Virus record (IMG/VR): IMGVR_UViG_3300048848_000270
Span: 1 to 44,018 of that record
Reading direction: 5' to 3' (one strand)
Source of the DNA: a virus
Lineage: Duplodnaviria; Caudoviricetes
Length of the DNA: 44,018 nucleotides
Shown: piece after piece, positions 16,096 to 27,400 of the stretch
Layout: every line of letters begins with the position of its first letter
Position numbering within the stretch: position 1 is the stretch's first letter
The notes under the pieces: generated by a model
Seen by the model: only the letters and a program-made list of their open reading frames with translations
What the model was told of the DNA's origin: nothing
Database searches by the model: none
Made by a program: the position numbers and the translations under genes

Positions 16096-18330
16096 ATGGC
16101 CGACGCGAACGACGATCCTATCGCTGAGAGCGACGTAGCCGAGGCCGGTAGTGAGAAACCGCGCGCCAAATGGACCGAGGTCCACAAGCGGGCCATGCGC
16201 CGTTTCGATAGCGTCGCCGTCCCGCAAGCTGAATTGCGGCGGCAGTCGTTGCAAGCCCGTAGATTTGTAACAATTGTTGGCGCGATGTGGGAAGGCGCTT
16301 GGGGCGAGCAAACCGAGAACAGCCCGCAGCCCGAAGTGGACAAGATCACCAAATTTCTTGAAAAGATCGAAACCGACTTCCGCGAGAACCGGCTGACGGT
16401 TGACTACGTGCCTGGCAAGGGCGGTGACAGCGACACGGCCGAAACGCTCGACGGCATGCACCGCGCGGACAGCTATCACTTCAAGGCGCAACAGGCGCGC
16501 GACAACGCGTTCCAAGAGGGTATTCGCGGCGGGTTCGGCGCTTACCGCCTGACCACTGACTGGGCCGACCCGTACGACCGCGACGACGACAGCCAGCGGG
16601 TTAACCCCGGGCTGACCATCGTTGATGCAGATCAGTCGGTGTATTTCGACCCTGCCTCTATCCTGTACGATGCCAGCGACGCTCAATGGGCGTTCGTTAT
16701 CACCGCAGAACCGCGCGATACGTTCATCGAGCGATGGGGGGCCGACAAGGTAGTCGATTTCCCGGTACAGAACTGGTCGTGGGCGTGGGATTGGTTCCTG
16801 CCTGATGTCGTTCGCAAGGGCGAATATTACGAAGTTGAGATGACGTCGGACAAGCTGCTGATCTTCACGCAGGATCAGAGCGGGGAAGAGCGTCGGTTCT
16901 TCGAAAGCGAGATCGATAGCGAGGAACAGGGCAACCTGAAGGCGCAGGGCTGGACGGTCGCTACCCGGTCGATCAAGCGCAAGCGCGTTCGCAAGTGGGT
17001 GATGAACGGCAAGTCGATCCTGCGGGATTGTGGCTACATCGCCGGCGATTGCATCCCGGTCGTGCCGTTCTATTTTCGTCGTGATTGGGTCGAAAACATG
17101 CCGCGCTGGCGTGGATACGTCGGCAAGATGATGGATCCCCAGCGGATCTACAACAGCCGCATCGGTAAGCTGGTCGAGACGGACAGCCTGGCGCCCCGCG
17201 AGATTCCGATCTTCGCTGCCGAGCAGATGCCGCCTAACTTGGCTGCGCAATGGGCGCGCCAGAACATCGATCGCCATCCATACGCGCTCGTACAGCCGTT
17301 GGTTGACCCGAACTCTGGATCGATCATCTCGGCTGGACCGATCGGCAAGGTGGAACCGCCTCAGGTGCCACAGGTCACCGCGGCGTTGCTCCAGATCGCC
17401 GGGAACGACCTCGCGGAGAACGACGACAACGCCGATCAGGTCAAGGCGAACACGTCAGCCGAGGCAATGGACATCGCCGCTGCGCGTGTTGACGCCAAAT
17501 CCGGCATCCCGCTCGACAACATGCGCCAGACCGTGGCTCGCGAGGGCGAAATCTACCTGAGCATGGCGCGTGAGGTGTATTACGAGCCCGGCCGTAAGGT
17601 CGAGACGCTGACCAACGATGGCAAGGACGGGGAAGCGACGCTTGCCGAGCCAGTTCTAGGCGATGACGGCGTGTACAAGGTTCGCAACGACCTCACGTCG
17701 GGCAAGTTCAAGGTCATCGCGTCAGTAACGGAATCCACGGCGACGGCGCGGGGCAAGACTGTGCGTCAGGCGCTCGCCGCTGCCGAGATCGCTGTCCAGG
17801 CTGGCGATACCGAACTGGCGCAGGCGTATATCCTGACCGCGGCCATGAATACCGAGGGCGAAGGCATGGAGAGCATGCAGGCGTTCGCACGGAACAAGGC
17901 GATCGCGATTGGTCTGGAGCAGCCGACCAAGGAAGAGCAGCAGGAAATCGAGAAGGCACAGGCTGCACAAGGCGAGCAGGCTCCGGATCCGGCATCACAG
18001 GCGCTGACCGCGCAGGCTGGCAAGGACGCGAGCATGGCCGAACTGAACAAGGCCAAGGCGGTCGATACGCTCGCCGCTGCACATCTCAAGGGCGCGCAGG
18101 CGGAAGCGCTAGGCGGCCCCGCTACCGCGCCAGAAGTGCCGAGCGGGTTGCAGCACGTCAACGATGCCGCAGACGTGGAGGTCAAGCTGGCAGGCGCCGA
18201 ACTGAAGCGAGCGCAGGCCCGCCACTTGCAGATGGGGTCGGGGCTCAAGAGCGTCGAGACGGCTCACAGAATCGAACACGCCAATCGCGTGCAGGATCAC
18301 GCCGAACGCACACCGCAGAAGGCAGCATAG
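16096..18330 (+). CDS. P22-like portal protein
   Basis: 744 aa after terL; GGFGAYR, IPVVP and DPQRIYN motifs; helical C-terminal extension. Confidence 0.92.
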   Translation: MADANDDPIAESDVAEAGSEKPRAKWTEVHKRAMRRFDSVAVPQAELRRQSLQARRFVTIVGAMWEGAWGEQTENSPQPEVDKITKFLEKIETDFRENRLTVDYVPGKGGDSDTAETLDGMHRADSYHFKAQQARDNAFQEGIRGGFGAYRLTTDWADPYDRDDDSQRVNPGLTIVDADQSVYFDPASILYDASDAQWAFVITAEPRDTFIERWGADKVVDFPVQNWSWAWDWFLPDVVRKGEYYEVEMTSDKLLIFTQDQSGEERRFFESEIDSEEQGNLKAQGWTVATRSIKRKRVRKWVMNGKSILRDCGYIAGDCIPVVPFYFRRDWVENMPRWRGYVGKMMDPQRIYNSRIGKLVETDSLAPREIPIFAAEQMPPNLAAQWARQNIDRHPYALVQPLVDPNSGSIISAGPIGKVEPPQVPQVTAALLQIAGNDLAENDDNADQVKANTSAEAMDIAAARVDAKSGIPLDNMRQTVAREGEIYLSMAREVYYEPGRKVETLTNDGKDGEATLAEPVLGDDGVYKVRNDLTSGKFKVIASVTESTATARGKTVRQALAAAEIAVQAGDTELAQAYILTAAMNTEGEGMESMQAFARNKAIAIGLEQPTKEEQQEIEKAQAAQGEQAPDPASQALTAQAGKDASMAELNKAKAVDTLAAAHLKGAQAEALGGPATAPEVPSGLQHVNDAADVEVKLAGAELKRAQARHLQMGSGLKSVETAHRIEHANRVQDHAERTPQKAA

Positions 18331-18366
18331 CCGACCGCCGGGCTATATCGGGCGAGTGGAGGACAT

Positions 18367-19188
18367 ATGGCTGAGCAAGACGATACCGAGCTTTTGCTTG
18401 AGGACGAGGTTGTCGAGGATCAGGACGACGACGAGACTGAAGATCAGGAGACCGATCAATCCGAGGACGACGGCGAGGATGGCGACGGCGACATAGCCAT
18501 CGAGATCGAAGGCGCCGACGAACCCGAAGAGACGCCGCTGATCAAGCAGCTTCGCGAGGAACTGCGCAACACCAAGAAAGAGGCGTCGGAACTGCGCAAG
18601 GCAGCGGCTCCTGCGCCTATCGTGGTCGGCAACAAGCCCGATCTGTGGGAGGATTGCGAGGGCGACCCGGACAAGTTCGAAACGGAATTGCTCGCCTGGC
18701 AATCGCGCAAGGACAAGGCGGAAAAACAGCAGCAGGACGTCGAACGCACGGAACAGGCCGGCGCACAGGAGTTCCAGCGCGCCCACGTGACGTATAAGGC
18801 GAAGGCGGAAGGGCTGGGGGTCAGGGACTTCCAGGCGTCGGAGGACGCGGTGTGTGCCGCGCTCCCTGTGCCGGTGCAGAACGCCATCGTTCAGTACATG
18901 TCCGACCCTGCCAAGCTGGTTTACGCGCTCGGCAAGCATCCCGCCAAACTACAGGAAATCGCCGCGCAGACCGATCCCTTGCGCGCCATTCTCATGCTTC
19001 ATGATCTGGAGAAGAAAGTCGTGGTCAATCGCCGCAAGCCGCCTGCACCTGAAGCCGATACGATCGAGCGCGGCACCGTCGCTATCGGAGGCGCGAGCGA
19101 TAAAGTTCTCGCCAATCTGGAAAAGGAAGCCGGTCGCACGGGCGATCGCTCCAAGCTCGTCGCCTACAAGGCTGCCAACCGCAAATAA
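18367..19188 (+). CDS. Scaffolding protein
   Basis: Very acidic N-terminus, coiled coil, LVYALGKHP; between portal and coat; strong RBS. Confidence 0.85.
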   Translation: MAEQDDTELLLEDEVVEDQDDDETEDQETDQSEDDGEDGDGDIAIEIEGADEPEETPLIKQLREELRNTKKEASELRKAAAPAPIVVGNKPDLWEDCEGDPDKFETELLAWQSRKDKAEKQQQDVERTEQAGAQEFQRAHVTYKAKAEGLGVRDFQASEDAVCAALPVPVQNAIVQYMSDPAKLVYALGKHPAKLQEIAAQTDPLRAILMLHDLEKKVVVNRRKPPAPEADTIERGTVAIGGASDKVLANLEKEAGRTGDRSKLVAYKAANRK

Positions 19189-19199
19189 GGACGTGAACG

Positions 19200-19601
19200 A
19201 TGCGTATCGATGGACCGAGTGAACTTACCGAAGGCCAGAAGCTCCAGATGAAGATCGCCGGTATCCCGGCCGATCGCCCTGGCCTTGGCGCTGAATACCC
19301 GAAGATGGTTTACAAGCCGGGCACGAACGACCGGCATATTCACATGAACCAGCCGCTCAAGATCGGTAACGGCGCGCTCAACCGCGTGGGCGACAAGCTG
19401 GAGCCTGGGCAGGAATATCAGACCGGCTTCGTGGACAGCCCCGAAGATGAACTGGAGGCGCTGGCGGATGGCTGGCTGCTTTCGACCGACCCCGGCGAGC
19501 AGGCACGGCAGGCGCTGAAGGCTGCCGACGAACGCGCCAAGGATGACGAGATCGCGTTGCTGAAGGCCCAACTCGCAGAGAAGAACCGCAAACCACAGTA
19601 A
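19200..19601 (+). CDS. Hypothetical head-region protein
   Basis: EYPKMVYK...ALADGW motif; RBS present. Confidence 0.75.
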   Translation: MRIDGPSELTEGQKLQMKIAGIPADRPGLGAEYPKMVYKPGTNDRHIHMNQPLKIGNGALNRVGDKLEPGQEYQTGFVDSPEDELEALADGWLLSTDPGEQARQALKAADERAKDDEIALLKAQLAEKNRKPQ

Positions 19602-19618
19602 GCGGCGCCGTGCTTAGT

Positions 19619-19745
19619 TTGTGACCCGCGTTGGAATGCAGTAAATCGGTGCTGCATTCCAACCAGCGACCTCCGGCTGTGACGGGAGAGACGGATGCGA
19701 TCGAGCGGCAACGCTCTCGTTTTCTTGTTCTCTCAGGAGGTTATT
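19619..19745 (+). promoter_or_regulatory. Promoter-like TTGTGA-N17-TAAATC and structured leader of the coat gene
   Basis: 12-bp perfect stem GTTGGAATGCAG/CTGCATTCCAAC plus further stems before the AGGAGG RBS. Confidence 0.5.
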
Positions 19746-21014
19746 TTGGCAACATCGATGACGAAAGAGGAGTTGACGGTTTTCGACTCCATGGTCGAAG
19801 GCTTCGACGCAATGCTCAGCTACGGCGCGATTGCCCGTAAGCTCGACCCGCTTACCCCCGAACAGATGGTCCACACGCGCGACCGCTTCTGGATCGACGC
19901 GCCGATGATCGGCTCCAACTATGACGGCTTTGACCAGACCGCGAACTTTGACGGCCTGACCGAGACCGCTGTTCCGGCGACTGTCGGCTTCCACAAAGCT
20001 GATCCGCGCATCCTGTCCGCGAAGAACCTGCGCAACAAGACCGCGCTGACGAACTGGATGGACGCGTCGAAGATCAAGATGGCCGCTGCTGTCAACGGCG
20101 CACTCCGTACGACTGTCGCGCTCCAGGGCTCGCAGTTCGTGAAGCGCACCGTGGCCGCAACCGGCTTCGATGATCTGGCGCTGGCAATGGCTGCAATGAC
20201 CGAGCAGGGCGTCCCCAACGCCGACCGCGCGGCCATGATCGGCGTTCGTTCGGGCATCGGCATGGCATCGGATCTCGCCAAGCGTGCGGAATCGACCAGC
20301 CGTTCGTCCAATGCCTACAGCACCGCGCTGGTGGCCCCGGGCATTGCCAACTTCGAAACGTACTCGGACGACGCTCCTATCCGCCTGACGCCGGCTACGG
20401 GCGGCACGACGACGGTCAACGGCGCCAACCAGTATTTCGAGCCGTCTGCGGTTTACTTCGAACCGGACGGACAGGAGGTCAACCTCGACAACCGCCGTCA
20501 AAACCTGACTATCACAGCCACCACCTATGCGAACATCAAGGTTGGCGACGCCTTCACGATTGCGGGTGTCAATTCGATGCACATGATCGAGAAGCAGGAC
20601 ACGGGCCAGCTCCAGACGTTCCGCGTCGTGGGCAAGCCGAGCGCAAACGTGATCCAGATCAGCCCGGCGATCATCTCGAATGGCGGCAGCACGATCGGTG
20701 GTCGCGAGTATCAGAACGTCACCGCAACGCCGGCAAACGGTGCTGCGATCACGTGGCTGAACACCGCAACGGCCGAACTGAACCCGTTCTTCGTCAAGTC
20801 GTCGCTGGTTCTGATCCCCGGCACGTTCGAGGTCGAAGTTGGCGCGGGCTGGCTGGTGGCGAAGGCGACCACGCCGAAGTTCGGCCTGCCGATCACCTAC
20901 ACGCGCCAGGGCGACATCAACACGCTCAACCTGAAGGCTCGTCTGGATATCGATTTCGGCACGGTCCTCATCAACCCGCAGTTCGCAGGCGCCATCGCAT
21001 TCAATCAGGTGTGA
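19746..21014 (+). CDS. Major capsid protein (P22 coat protein family)
   Basis: KEELTVFD..EGF N-terminus, KVGDAFTIAGV insertion domain, RLDIDFG...NPQFAG end. TTG start 5 nt after AGGAGG. Confidence 0.93.
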   Translation: MATSMTKEELTVFDSMVEGFDAMLSYGAIARKLDPLTPEQMVHTRDRFWIDAPMIGSNYDGFDQTANFDGLTETAVPATVGFHKADPRILSAKNLRNKTALTNWMDASKIKMAAAVNGALRTTVALQGSQFVKRTVAATGFDDLALAMAAMTEQGVPNADRAAMIGVRSGIGMASDLAKRAESTSRSSNAYSTALVAPGIANFETYSDDAPIRLTPATGGTTTVNGANQYFEPSAVYFEPDGQEVNLDNRRQNLTITATTYANIKVGDAFTIAGVNSMHMIEKQDTGQLQTFRVVGKPSANVIQISPAIISNGGSTIGGREYQNVTATPANGAAITWLNTATAELNPFFVKSSLVLIPGTFEVEVGAGWLVAKATTPKFGLPITYTRQGDINTLNLKARLDIDFGTVLINPQFAGAIAFNQV

Positions 21015-21037
21015 TCGCAGACCCAAGGAGAGTTGAG

Positions 21038-21481
21038 ATGACCACGAAGCATAACAAGACGGCCGTCGAGATGGTGGCTGAAAAGAAGCAGGACCAGAGC
21101 GTTCGCGCCGAGGCGGCCCAGGAGGTCGCCAAGGACGCGCTCAAGGCGGAAGTCGAGCAGGACACGGGCACGACCCCGAAGGCCGAGGACGTGGACGAGT
21201 CCGCCAATCGCTTTCAGGGCTCGGACGAAATCCAGATGTACGCCTATCTGGTGGACGTGAACGCTAGCCTGTCCGAACTGGAGAAGAAGCTCGACAAGAA
21301 GGATGGCCTGCCGGAAAACAAGATCGCCGGCCTGCTGACCCTGGAGCGCAACGGTCAGAACCGCACCGAGTTCGTCAAGGCGATGGTCAAGCGCCTCGGC
21401 ATCAAGGACATCAAGAAGGAACTGCCTCAGGCAGGCGGTCCTGACTACACCAACGACCAGACCGCACTGAGCGATCTGTAA
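21038..21481 (+). CDS. Hypothetical virion-associated protein
   Basis: RBS AAGGAG; LERNGQNR motif. Confidence 0.75.
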   Translation: MTTKHNKTAVEMVAEKKQDQSVRAEAAQEVAKDALKAEVEQDTGTTPKAEDVDESANRFQGSDEIQMYAYLVDVNASLSELEKKLDKKDGLPENKIAGLLTLERNGQNRTEFVKAMVKRLGIKDIKKELPQAGGPDYTNDQTALSDL

Positions 21482-21852
21482 TGCGTTCAGGCACCGGAGA
21501 ATCCGCGCTACAGCCGTTGTTTGTCGCCTCGGTGGCTTCGGGCACCGCTTTGGCTGACGGCTCTTCGGTGCCTAACGGCGCCCCGCCTTTGCCTGCGGGC
21601 ACGGATCGGAGCGGAACGGCCACGACCACCAGCGCAACACTAGTTGCTGCCAACACCGCGCGGCGCGGGCTGAACATCCAGAACATCGGCGCCAACAACC
21701 TCGGGTTCAACGAGTTTGGCGGGACGGCCGCGATTGGCACCGCTGGGACGTACACTGTCGCGCCGGGCGGATCGATCCGGATCAATACGAGCCGTCAGGT
21801 CAATGTCATCGCCGCAACGGGGGCGACGGCCTACACCGCTACGGAGTTCTAA
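21481..21852 (+). CDS. Putative structural protein
   Basis: Thr/Gly/Ala-rich beta-type sequence, coupled. Confidence 0.7.
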   Translation: MRSGTGESALQPLFVASVASGTALADGSSVPNGAPPLPAGTDRSGTATTTSATLVAANTARRGLNIQNIGANNLGFNEFGGTAAIGTAGTYTVAPGGSIRINTSRQVNVIAATGATAYTATEF

Positions 21853-21855
21853 GCG

Positions 21856-22311
21856 ATGGGCGAGGTCAGCAATCCGGGTTTAACGCTGGCGGAACTGAGC
21901 GCTGCCATGCCCGCACCGGCAACAAGCGCGCCTCCGCCAGTCGCAATCGACGGCGCGACCGGTGCGAACCTGTCCTACGCCCGCGCGGACCACACGCACG
22001 AAAGCCGTCTCCAGGCACGCCGGATCCAGGTCACCCCGGATGCCAATGGACGCTACGTCTACACCTTTCCGAAGGCTTACCCAGCCGGAATCATCCCGAT
22101 CGTAACTGTGACGGCTGAGACGGCCGCAGGGCTGACCTACCGCAACGACGCGAGCCTGATGGAAGGCTCCACGTCGAACGCGCAAACCACCATCCTGATC
22201 ACCAAGCTCAACCAGAGCGTCGTGACCGGGCTGCTGAACGCGGTCCTGCCCGTGTTCGCGCCTCAGACGGGCGTGGTCTGGGTCAATATCCTTTCGAGGG
22301 CTCCTTCCTGA
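21856..22311 (+). CDS. Putative structural / fibre protein
   Basis: YARADHTH fibre-type motif. Confidence 0.7.
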   Translation: MGEVSNPGLTLAELSAAMPAPATSAPPPVAIDGATGANLSYARADHTHESRLQARRIQVTPDANGRYVYTFPKAYPAGIIPIVTVTAETAAGLTYRNDASLMEGSTSNAQTTILITKLNQSVVTGLLNAVLPVFAPQTGVVWVNILSRAPS

Positions 22312-22342
22312 TGCCCGTTTCCTCTCAGAATTGGAGTTTATA

Positions 22343-22774
22343 ATGGGCGTTCGGCTTCTCAAGCAGCACGAAGGACAGGCGGCGAACACCGTCTATTGGG
22401 CATCTGGCGCGGTAGAGCAGCAGCTTATCGCCAGCGGCACCGCGGACACGCAGGTCGAGCTGGCGTCGGACTACGAGCAGCAGGGCCGGTTCATCACCGC
22501 GGCGGCGGCAAGCACGACGCACAACGCATCTGATTACATCATGACCAGTGCAACAGCCCAGACGCTGACGCTAGGTCAGAGCGGATATTGGCCTATCGGC
22601 AAGGTGATCACCGTCTCTCAGATGGGGGTAGGGGCTGTTACCGTCACTCCGGCTACGGGTGTCACCGTCAACACCAAGCTGACGTCGCTCGTCACGGGCG
22701 GTCAGTATTCGATCGGACAGCTCAAGAAGGTCGCGGCGAACACCTGGCTTGCTTTCGGCGGGTTCGGCGGATGA
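22343..22774 (+). CDS. Putative fibre-associated protein
   Basis: RBS GGAG; WPIGKVITVSQMG...NTWLAFG C-terminal domain. Confidence 0.75.
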   Translation: MGVRLLKQHEGQAANTVYWASGAVEQQLIASGTADTQVELASDYEQQGRFITAAAASTTHNASDYIMTSATAQTLTLGQSGYWPIGKVITVSQMGVGAVTVTPATGVTVNTKLTSLVTGGQYSIGQLKKVAANTWLAFGGFGG

Positions 22775-24471
22775 TGATCGGTATCTTGTCTGGCGTCGTT
22801 GCAGGCGGGGGCGGGGTCAACGCCGTCACGTTCACGACGCAGCCGACCGTAACCCCATCTAGCGGCACCGCAGGCCAGACGTTCACAGCAACTCCGGGTA
22901 CATTGTCGAACGGATCGATCACGTCACGCGAATGGCGCTTAGCGGGCAACGTCGTCAGCACCGCGCTGACCTACGTTTCGACTACGGCTGGCTCGCTGAC
23001 GTATCAGGAGTTCGCCGGCAGCGTCGCGTCGAACCTGATCGCTGTGACGGTTGCCGCTCCTGCCGCAACAGCGCTGCCCAAGTCTGCGCAGATTGTTGAT
23101 CAAATGTCGGCGGACAGCATCACGCAGGCAAATAACTCTTCCGTCACGTCGCTGCCCGGAACGAAGGGCGTGCTGACGCTCATCACCGATCCGACGAACA
23201 ACGGTGGCACGGGTCGCAACCCGACCTATCTGACCAACCGCTTGAACGGAAAGCCCTCGATCAAGTTCGATAGCACGATCCGGCAGTCTCTTTCGTTCGG
23301 TCGTCCTGCCGCGCTGGTCAGTGCGCTGAACTCGACACAGGCAGCTATGCTTTTCGTGTTCCGCGCGGTCGGCGCACCGAACACCAGCCAGTCCCCGGTA
23401 TTCTCCAACACGACCGGTAACCTGGACACATGGATCGTACGGGATGCGTCGTTGTCGGGTAGCTATACCGACTATATCCCCGACACCCAGACCGGTTTCC
23501 AGACGATGCTGATCGTCAAGGACACAGCGTCCAGCCCGTCGCGGAACCGCATCTTCCTCAACGGTATGCCGGTCGCGCATCAGGAGAATCCGTTCTCCGC
23601 TGGCGGTTCGGGGGACTATCTTGTCGGTCGGGGTGACAACGGCGGCAACGGCAGCAACTCCGACTTCTTCACTAATTTCGAATTGCTCGACATGGTGGTG
23701 TGGTCAGGTGCGAAGTTCACGGCAGTAGACGGCGTTCAGGCGCATATGTGGGCCTGCGATAAGTATGCACAGGCATACCCGTGGGCGGGCTTGACGTACC
23801 TGGACGTGATCGCCGGGGACAGCATCCCGGCTGGCGCGGGCTACAAGACCCCGCACGTCAACGTCTACACCAACCTGAAGGCAACCCGCGCGATCGAGCA
23901 TGGCCGCGGGCTGATGACCGTCGCAGTACCCGGTATCTCGATGGCAGCGATGCAGTCGCAGCTTGCCGACGACTTGACCGGACTGAACACGCTCACCGGG
24001 TTGAAGTTGCGCATCGTGTTCGGCGAATGGGCCAACCAAGCCGGGTCACCGGGGAGTTCGCGCGTCACGAACGCACAGAACGTCCTCAATTCCCTCCAGT
24101 CGTTCCGCACTGGTGGCGGCAAGATCGGGCTTTGGAACAGCACGGCGTACGGCGGATCTGGCACCGGAGCGAGTGACGAGACGGCTACTGGCGTAACCAG
24201 TGCCGCAGGTACGGCGCGCGTTTCCGAATATGGCCCCGGCATCCAAGCGCTCACCTCGCTGTACGACAACTTCCAGAACGTCGCCGCGAATGCGAGCATT
24301 GGCGTCATCGGCGCCTGCCCGTATTACACGGTGCAGCCGTCCCCGCAGACCAACGACTTCTTCCTCGATGAGAAGCATCTGTCGAAACAGAACGCGGCGC
24401 AGACGGTGCAGGGGGGCGGCATAGCAGTGCTTGCGAACTTCTATACCGCCAGCTTCACGGCGATGCCGTAA
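22771..24471 (+). CDS. Virion protein: Ig-like + LamG-like + SGNH/GDSL esterase
   Basis: IAGDSI (block I), PG (II), WAN (III), DEKH (V); PTY...NGKPSIKFD lectin-type motif. Confidence 0.7.
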   Translation: MMIGILSGVVAGGGGVNAVTFTTQPTVTPSSGTAGQTFTATPGTLSNGSITSREWRLAGNVVSTALTYVSTTAGSLTYQEFAGSVASNLIAVTVAAPAATALPKSAQIVDQMSADSITQANNSSVTSLPGTKGVLTLITDPTNNGGTGRNPTYLTNRLNGKPSIKFDSTIRQSLSFGRPAALVSALNSTQAAMLFVFRAVGAPNTSQSPVFSNTTGNLDTWIVRDASLSGSYTDYIPDTQTGFQTMLIVKDTASSPSRNRIFLNGMPVAHQENPFSAGGSGDYLVGRGDNGGNGSNSDFFTNFELLDMVVWSGAKFTAVDGVQAHMWACDKYAQAYPWAGLTYLDVIAGDSIPAGAGYKTPHVNVYTNLKATRAIEHGRGLMTVAVPGISMAAMQSQLADDLTGLNTLTGLKLRIVFGEWANQAGSPGSSRVTNAQNVLNSLQSFRTGGGKIGLWNSTAYGGSGTGASDETATGVTSAAGTARVSEYGPGIQALTSLYDNFQNVAANASIGVIGACPYYTVQPSPQTNDFFLDEKHLSKQNAAQTVQGGGIAVLANFYTASFTAMP

Positions 24472-24473
24472 TC

Positions 24474-27400
24474 GTGACAAGCCCCGCCTACGTCTCGAAC
24501 TTCACGGGTGCCGCTGGCACGCCACTGACGTCACTCCCCGGCTGGTCCCTATCACGGACTGGCTCGGGAGCGATCGACACGCCCGTGCTGTCGGGGGCGG
24601 GCACGCTGATCGGCCCGACGCTTGCCAATCCCGGCGCGGAAGGGACGTGGGCGGTCTTGCACGATGAAGTCGGACCACTCGGCGGTAGCCGCGTAACCTT
24701 CACGCTTCGGGCGCCGCAGACCGACAACTTCAAGCGCACGCGGATATTCGCCGCCGCGCTCGACTATGCGAACGGCATCGGGTTGGCCCCGAACTGCCGA
24801 CTCCCGACAGGCCAGCCGGGAGATTTGCCGGTCGATGTTGGCAACTTCTTCCTCAAGCAGAACAACGTCGTCACGTCGATCTCGCTGCCGGTTAACGGAT
24901 ATCAGGGATACAAGATCGACCGCACGATCGACTTCGTGTTCGACTTCAACGCCAGCGGTACCACGCTGATGCTGACGATCGTTGGCGCGGCAACCGTCAG
25001 CGGCAGCATCGACATCGCGTCGTACGTCAAGGGAACGCGGTTCGGGTTCACCGGCACCGGGCCTTTCGCAGCGGCGATCGAGGAAGGGACGTTCGTCCAG
25101 GCGGTTCGATACCTGAAGCCGAACGTCAATCTTGCGGTGACCAAGGCTCCCGTGTTCTCCGCGAACAATACCGGTGCGTACGAACTGTCATGGTCGGGCG
25201 AGAGGCCTGAAGGGCTGGCGTGTCGGTTTTACGACGAGGACGGCAACCCGGTAGGCGCGTGGACGACTATCGCTGCGACGATTACGGGCACGACGAGCGG
25301 GATGATCACCTGCACCGCCACAGCCCCGATCGGCGCACCGCTGATCGCGCATTTCCGGCCGACGAACGATATCGCGGTAGAGGTAGAGGCGCCCAAACTC
25401 ACCTATTTCTCTGCCAACGTGCAGCCGTTTGCGCTCGGCGGCAACGTGCGTGGGGATAGCTACTTCAGCCCTATCGGCTGGCAAAACGACTTTGGTCCGG
25501 CGTCAACAGCGCAGGACGACCGGATCTACATGCCCTTCGACGGAATTGAGGGCTTCTCGACCATCACGTTTACGGGCGGCTCCGCTATCACCGGTTCGTC
25601 GTCGGACGTGCAGATCATCAGCAACAACTACCCCGTCGTGCGCGTCAACATAACGCCGAACGGAGGCGATCGTACCCGCTTCTTCTCGTTTGCCGGTGCG
25701 CTGCCGACATCGATGCACGCCGTTCGCGACGGGCTGGCAAACGACATCACACCGGAATTGCTTGCCGCGACGGCCGAGTTGACCGTGATCCGCGATCTCG
25801 ACGCAGAGGCGGTGAACCAAGTGCCGTTGAACGGGTCGTTCGTCCGCAACACGCCTGCGACGCCGTTCTGGAAGAACAACATCGGTACCGGCCCCGATAT
25901 CCCGTACCAAGTGAAGACGCGGGCCTTTGCCACGAAGCTGAATACGCAGCCGAATTTCACCGGCCCGTGGTTCGTCATCGCGGCTGATATCCCGCTGGAG
26001 CCGGATGGCAGCACGCAGTCGATCCGCGAGCGTGCAATTCACTGGCGTGACAACATGCCCGCGCGCGCCAAGATCAAGATCGAAGCGTTCAACGAATATC
26101 CGTGGAACAACTTCACCGGTACGCAGCGCGGCGTCCTCGACTCTCTTCGCCTGAACTATGATGCGGCGACGACGCCAAGTTCGCCGCGCACGCCGAAGAC
26201 GATTGTCGATGTAGGCGGTCAACGACCGGGGACAGAGCCGCCAGGAACGCGCGGGCAGGGTGACCCCGGCAGCTTGGCAACGCCGGTCGATATCCCTGCG
26301 GGCGGGTACATCTACGCGAACATCTACAGCATTGGTGAAGCGGTGTACCGGGCGAAACAGTTCGCGCCGGCTGGCACCTTCGTTGCCGATGGAACGGTAG
26401 ACGCTCAAGGCAACGTCACGTCCGTCAGCGAGAATGCGTTCTTCACCAAACTGACGATCAACGCTGCACAGTCGGCGCGTCGCTATCAGATGGCACGGCT
26501 CAAGGCGATCGACGCCATCTTGCTCGATGTGTTCGGAGCGGCCCGGCACGCCTCGCAAATCGAACTGGTGTTGATGGGTCAGAACGGCGGTAGCATCTAC
26601 GACCAGTTCGCCGATCACCGCGCGTTTGATCCCGAGACCTTCGCCAAGATCCAGTATGTCGGTGCGGCGTTCTATATCGGACCGGAAGGACCGCTCAACC
26701 CGGCGACATGCACTGCCGCACAGATCGAAGCCGCGTTCCGTGCCGAGATGCCGATTGCTCTTGGATACGTGAAGCAAACCGTCCTCGATGCGCTGCGCAT
26801 GGGGAAGAAGATCGCGCTGTACGAAGGCGGCTCGCATCCACCTGACGGTTTCTACCGCGGCGAACCAAACCACCCGAACTATAACTTCTTCGTCCAGTGG
26901 AACCTGTTCTTCAACAGCGATGCGGGCAAGCAGTTCATGTCGGACTGGATGTTCCTCATCAAATCGAACGTCCCCGGCCTGGCTGTGTTCTACGACTGGC
27001 TGGGCGCAATGCCATGGTCGGTGATGAACTCGACAAGCGACACGTCGAACAAGCGGCTGTTGGGGTTGCGCGACGGCTTGGCGCGCGCTGGCGATATCGT
27101 GCCGCCCGGCGAACCACCCGTAGATCCTCCAATAGACCCGCCTATCGATCCTCCGGTGGAGCCGCCAGTCGAGCCGCCTGTAACGCCGCCAGTCGTATCT
27201 GCACAATCACAAGGCCCCGGCATGACCACGATCAATCTCTACGGCGGGCCTCTCAAGCGCGACATCATCAAATCGGCCTATGGCGCGACCGGGCAGTCCG
27301 ATACTGAGTACGAGCTGACCGCAGAGGAATATGATCAGGGGCTTCGCCTGCTGAACATGCTTCTTGCGCGGTGGGCAGGGCAGTGGGGTATTGACCTCGG

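Noticed and set aside
18356-18386. Scaffold start (GTGGAGGA..ATGGCTGAGCA, MAEQDD) resembles the GIY-YIG gene start at 43949
   Set aside because: The short similarity is dominated by RBS, ATG and common second codons; probably coincidental.
19614-21026. Long minus-strand ORFs (also 16054..17277, 25503..27206, 28316..29422, 29864..31024)
   Set aside because: Antisense shadows of clearly recognisable plus-strand genes in high-GC DNA, with no motifs.
27102-27194. Repeats as a possible CRISPR array or DGR
   Set aside because: This is a coding Pro-rich linker. No repeat-spacer array, cas gene or reverse transcriptase was seen in the window.
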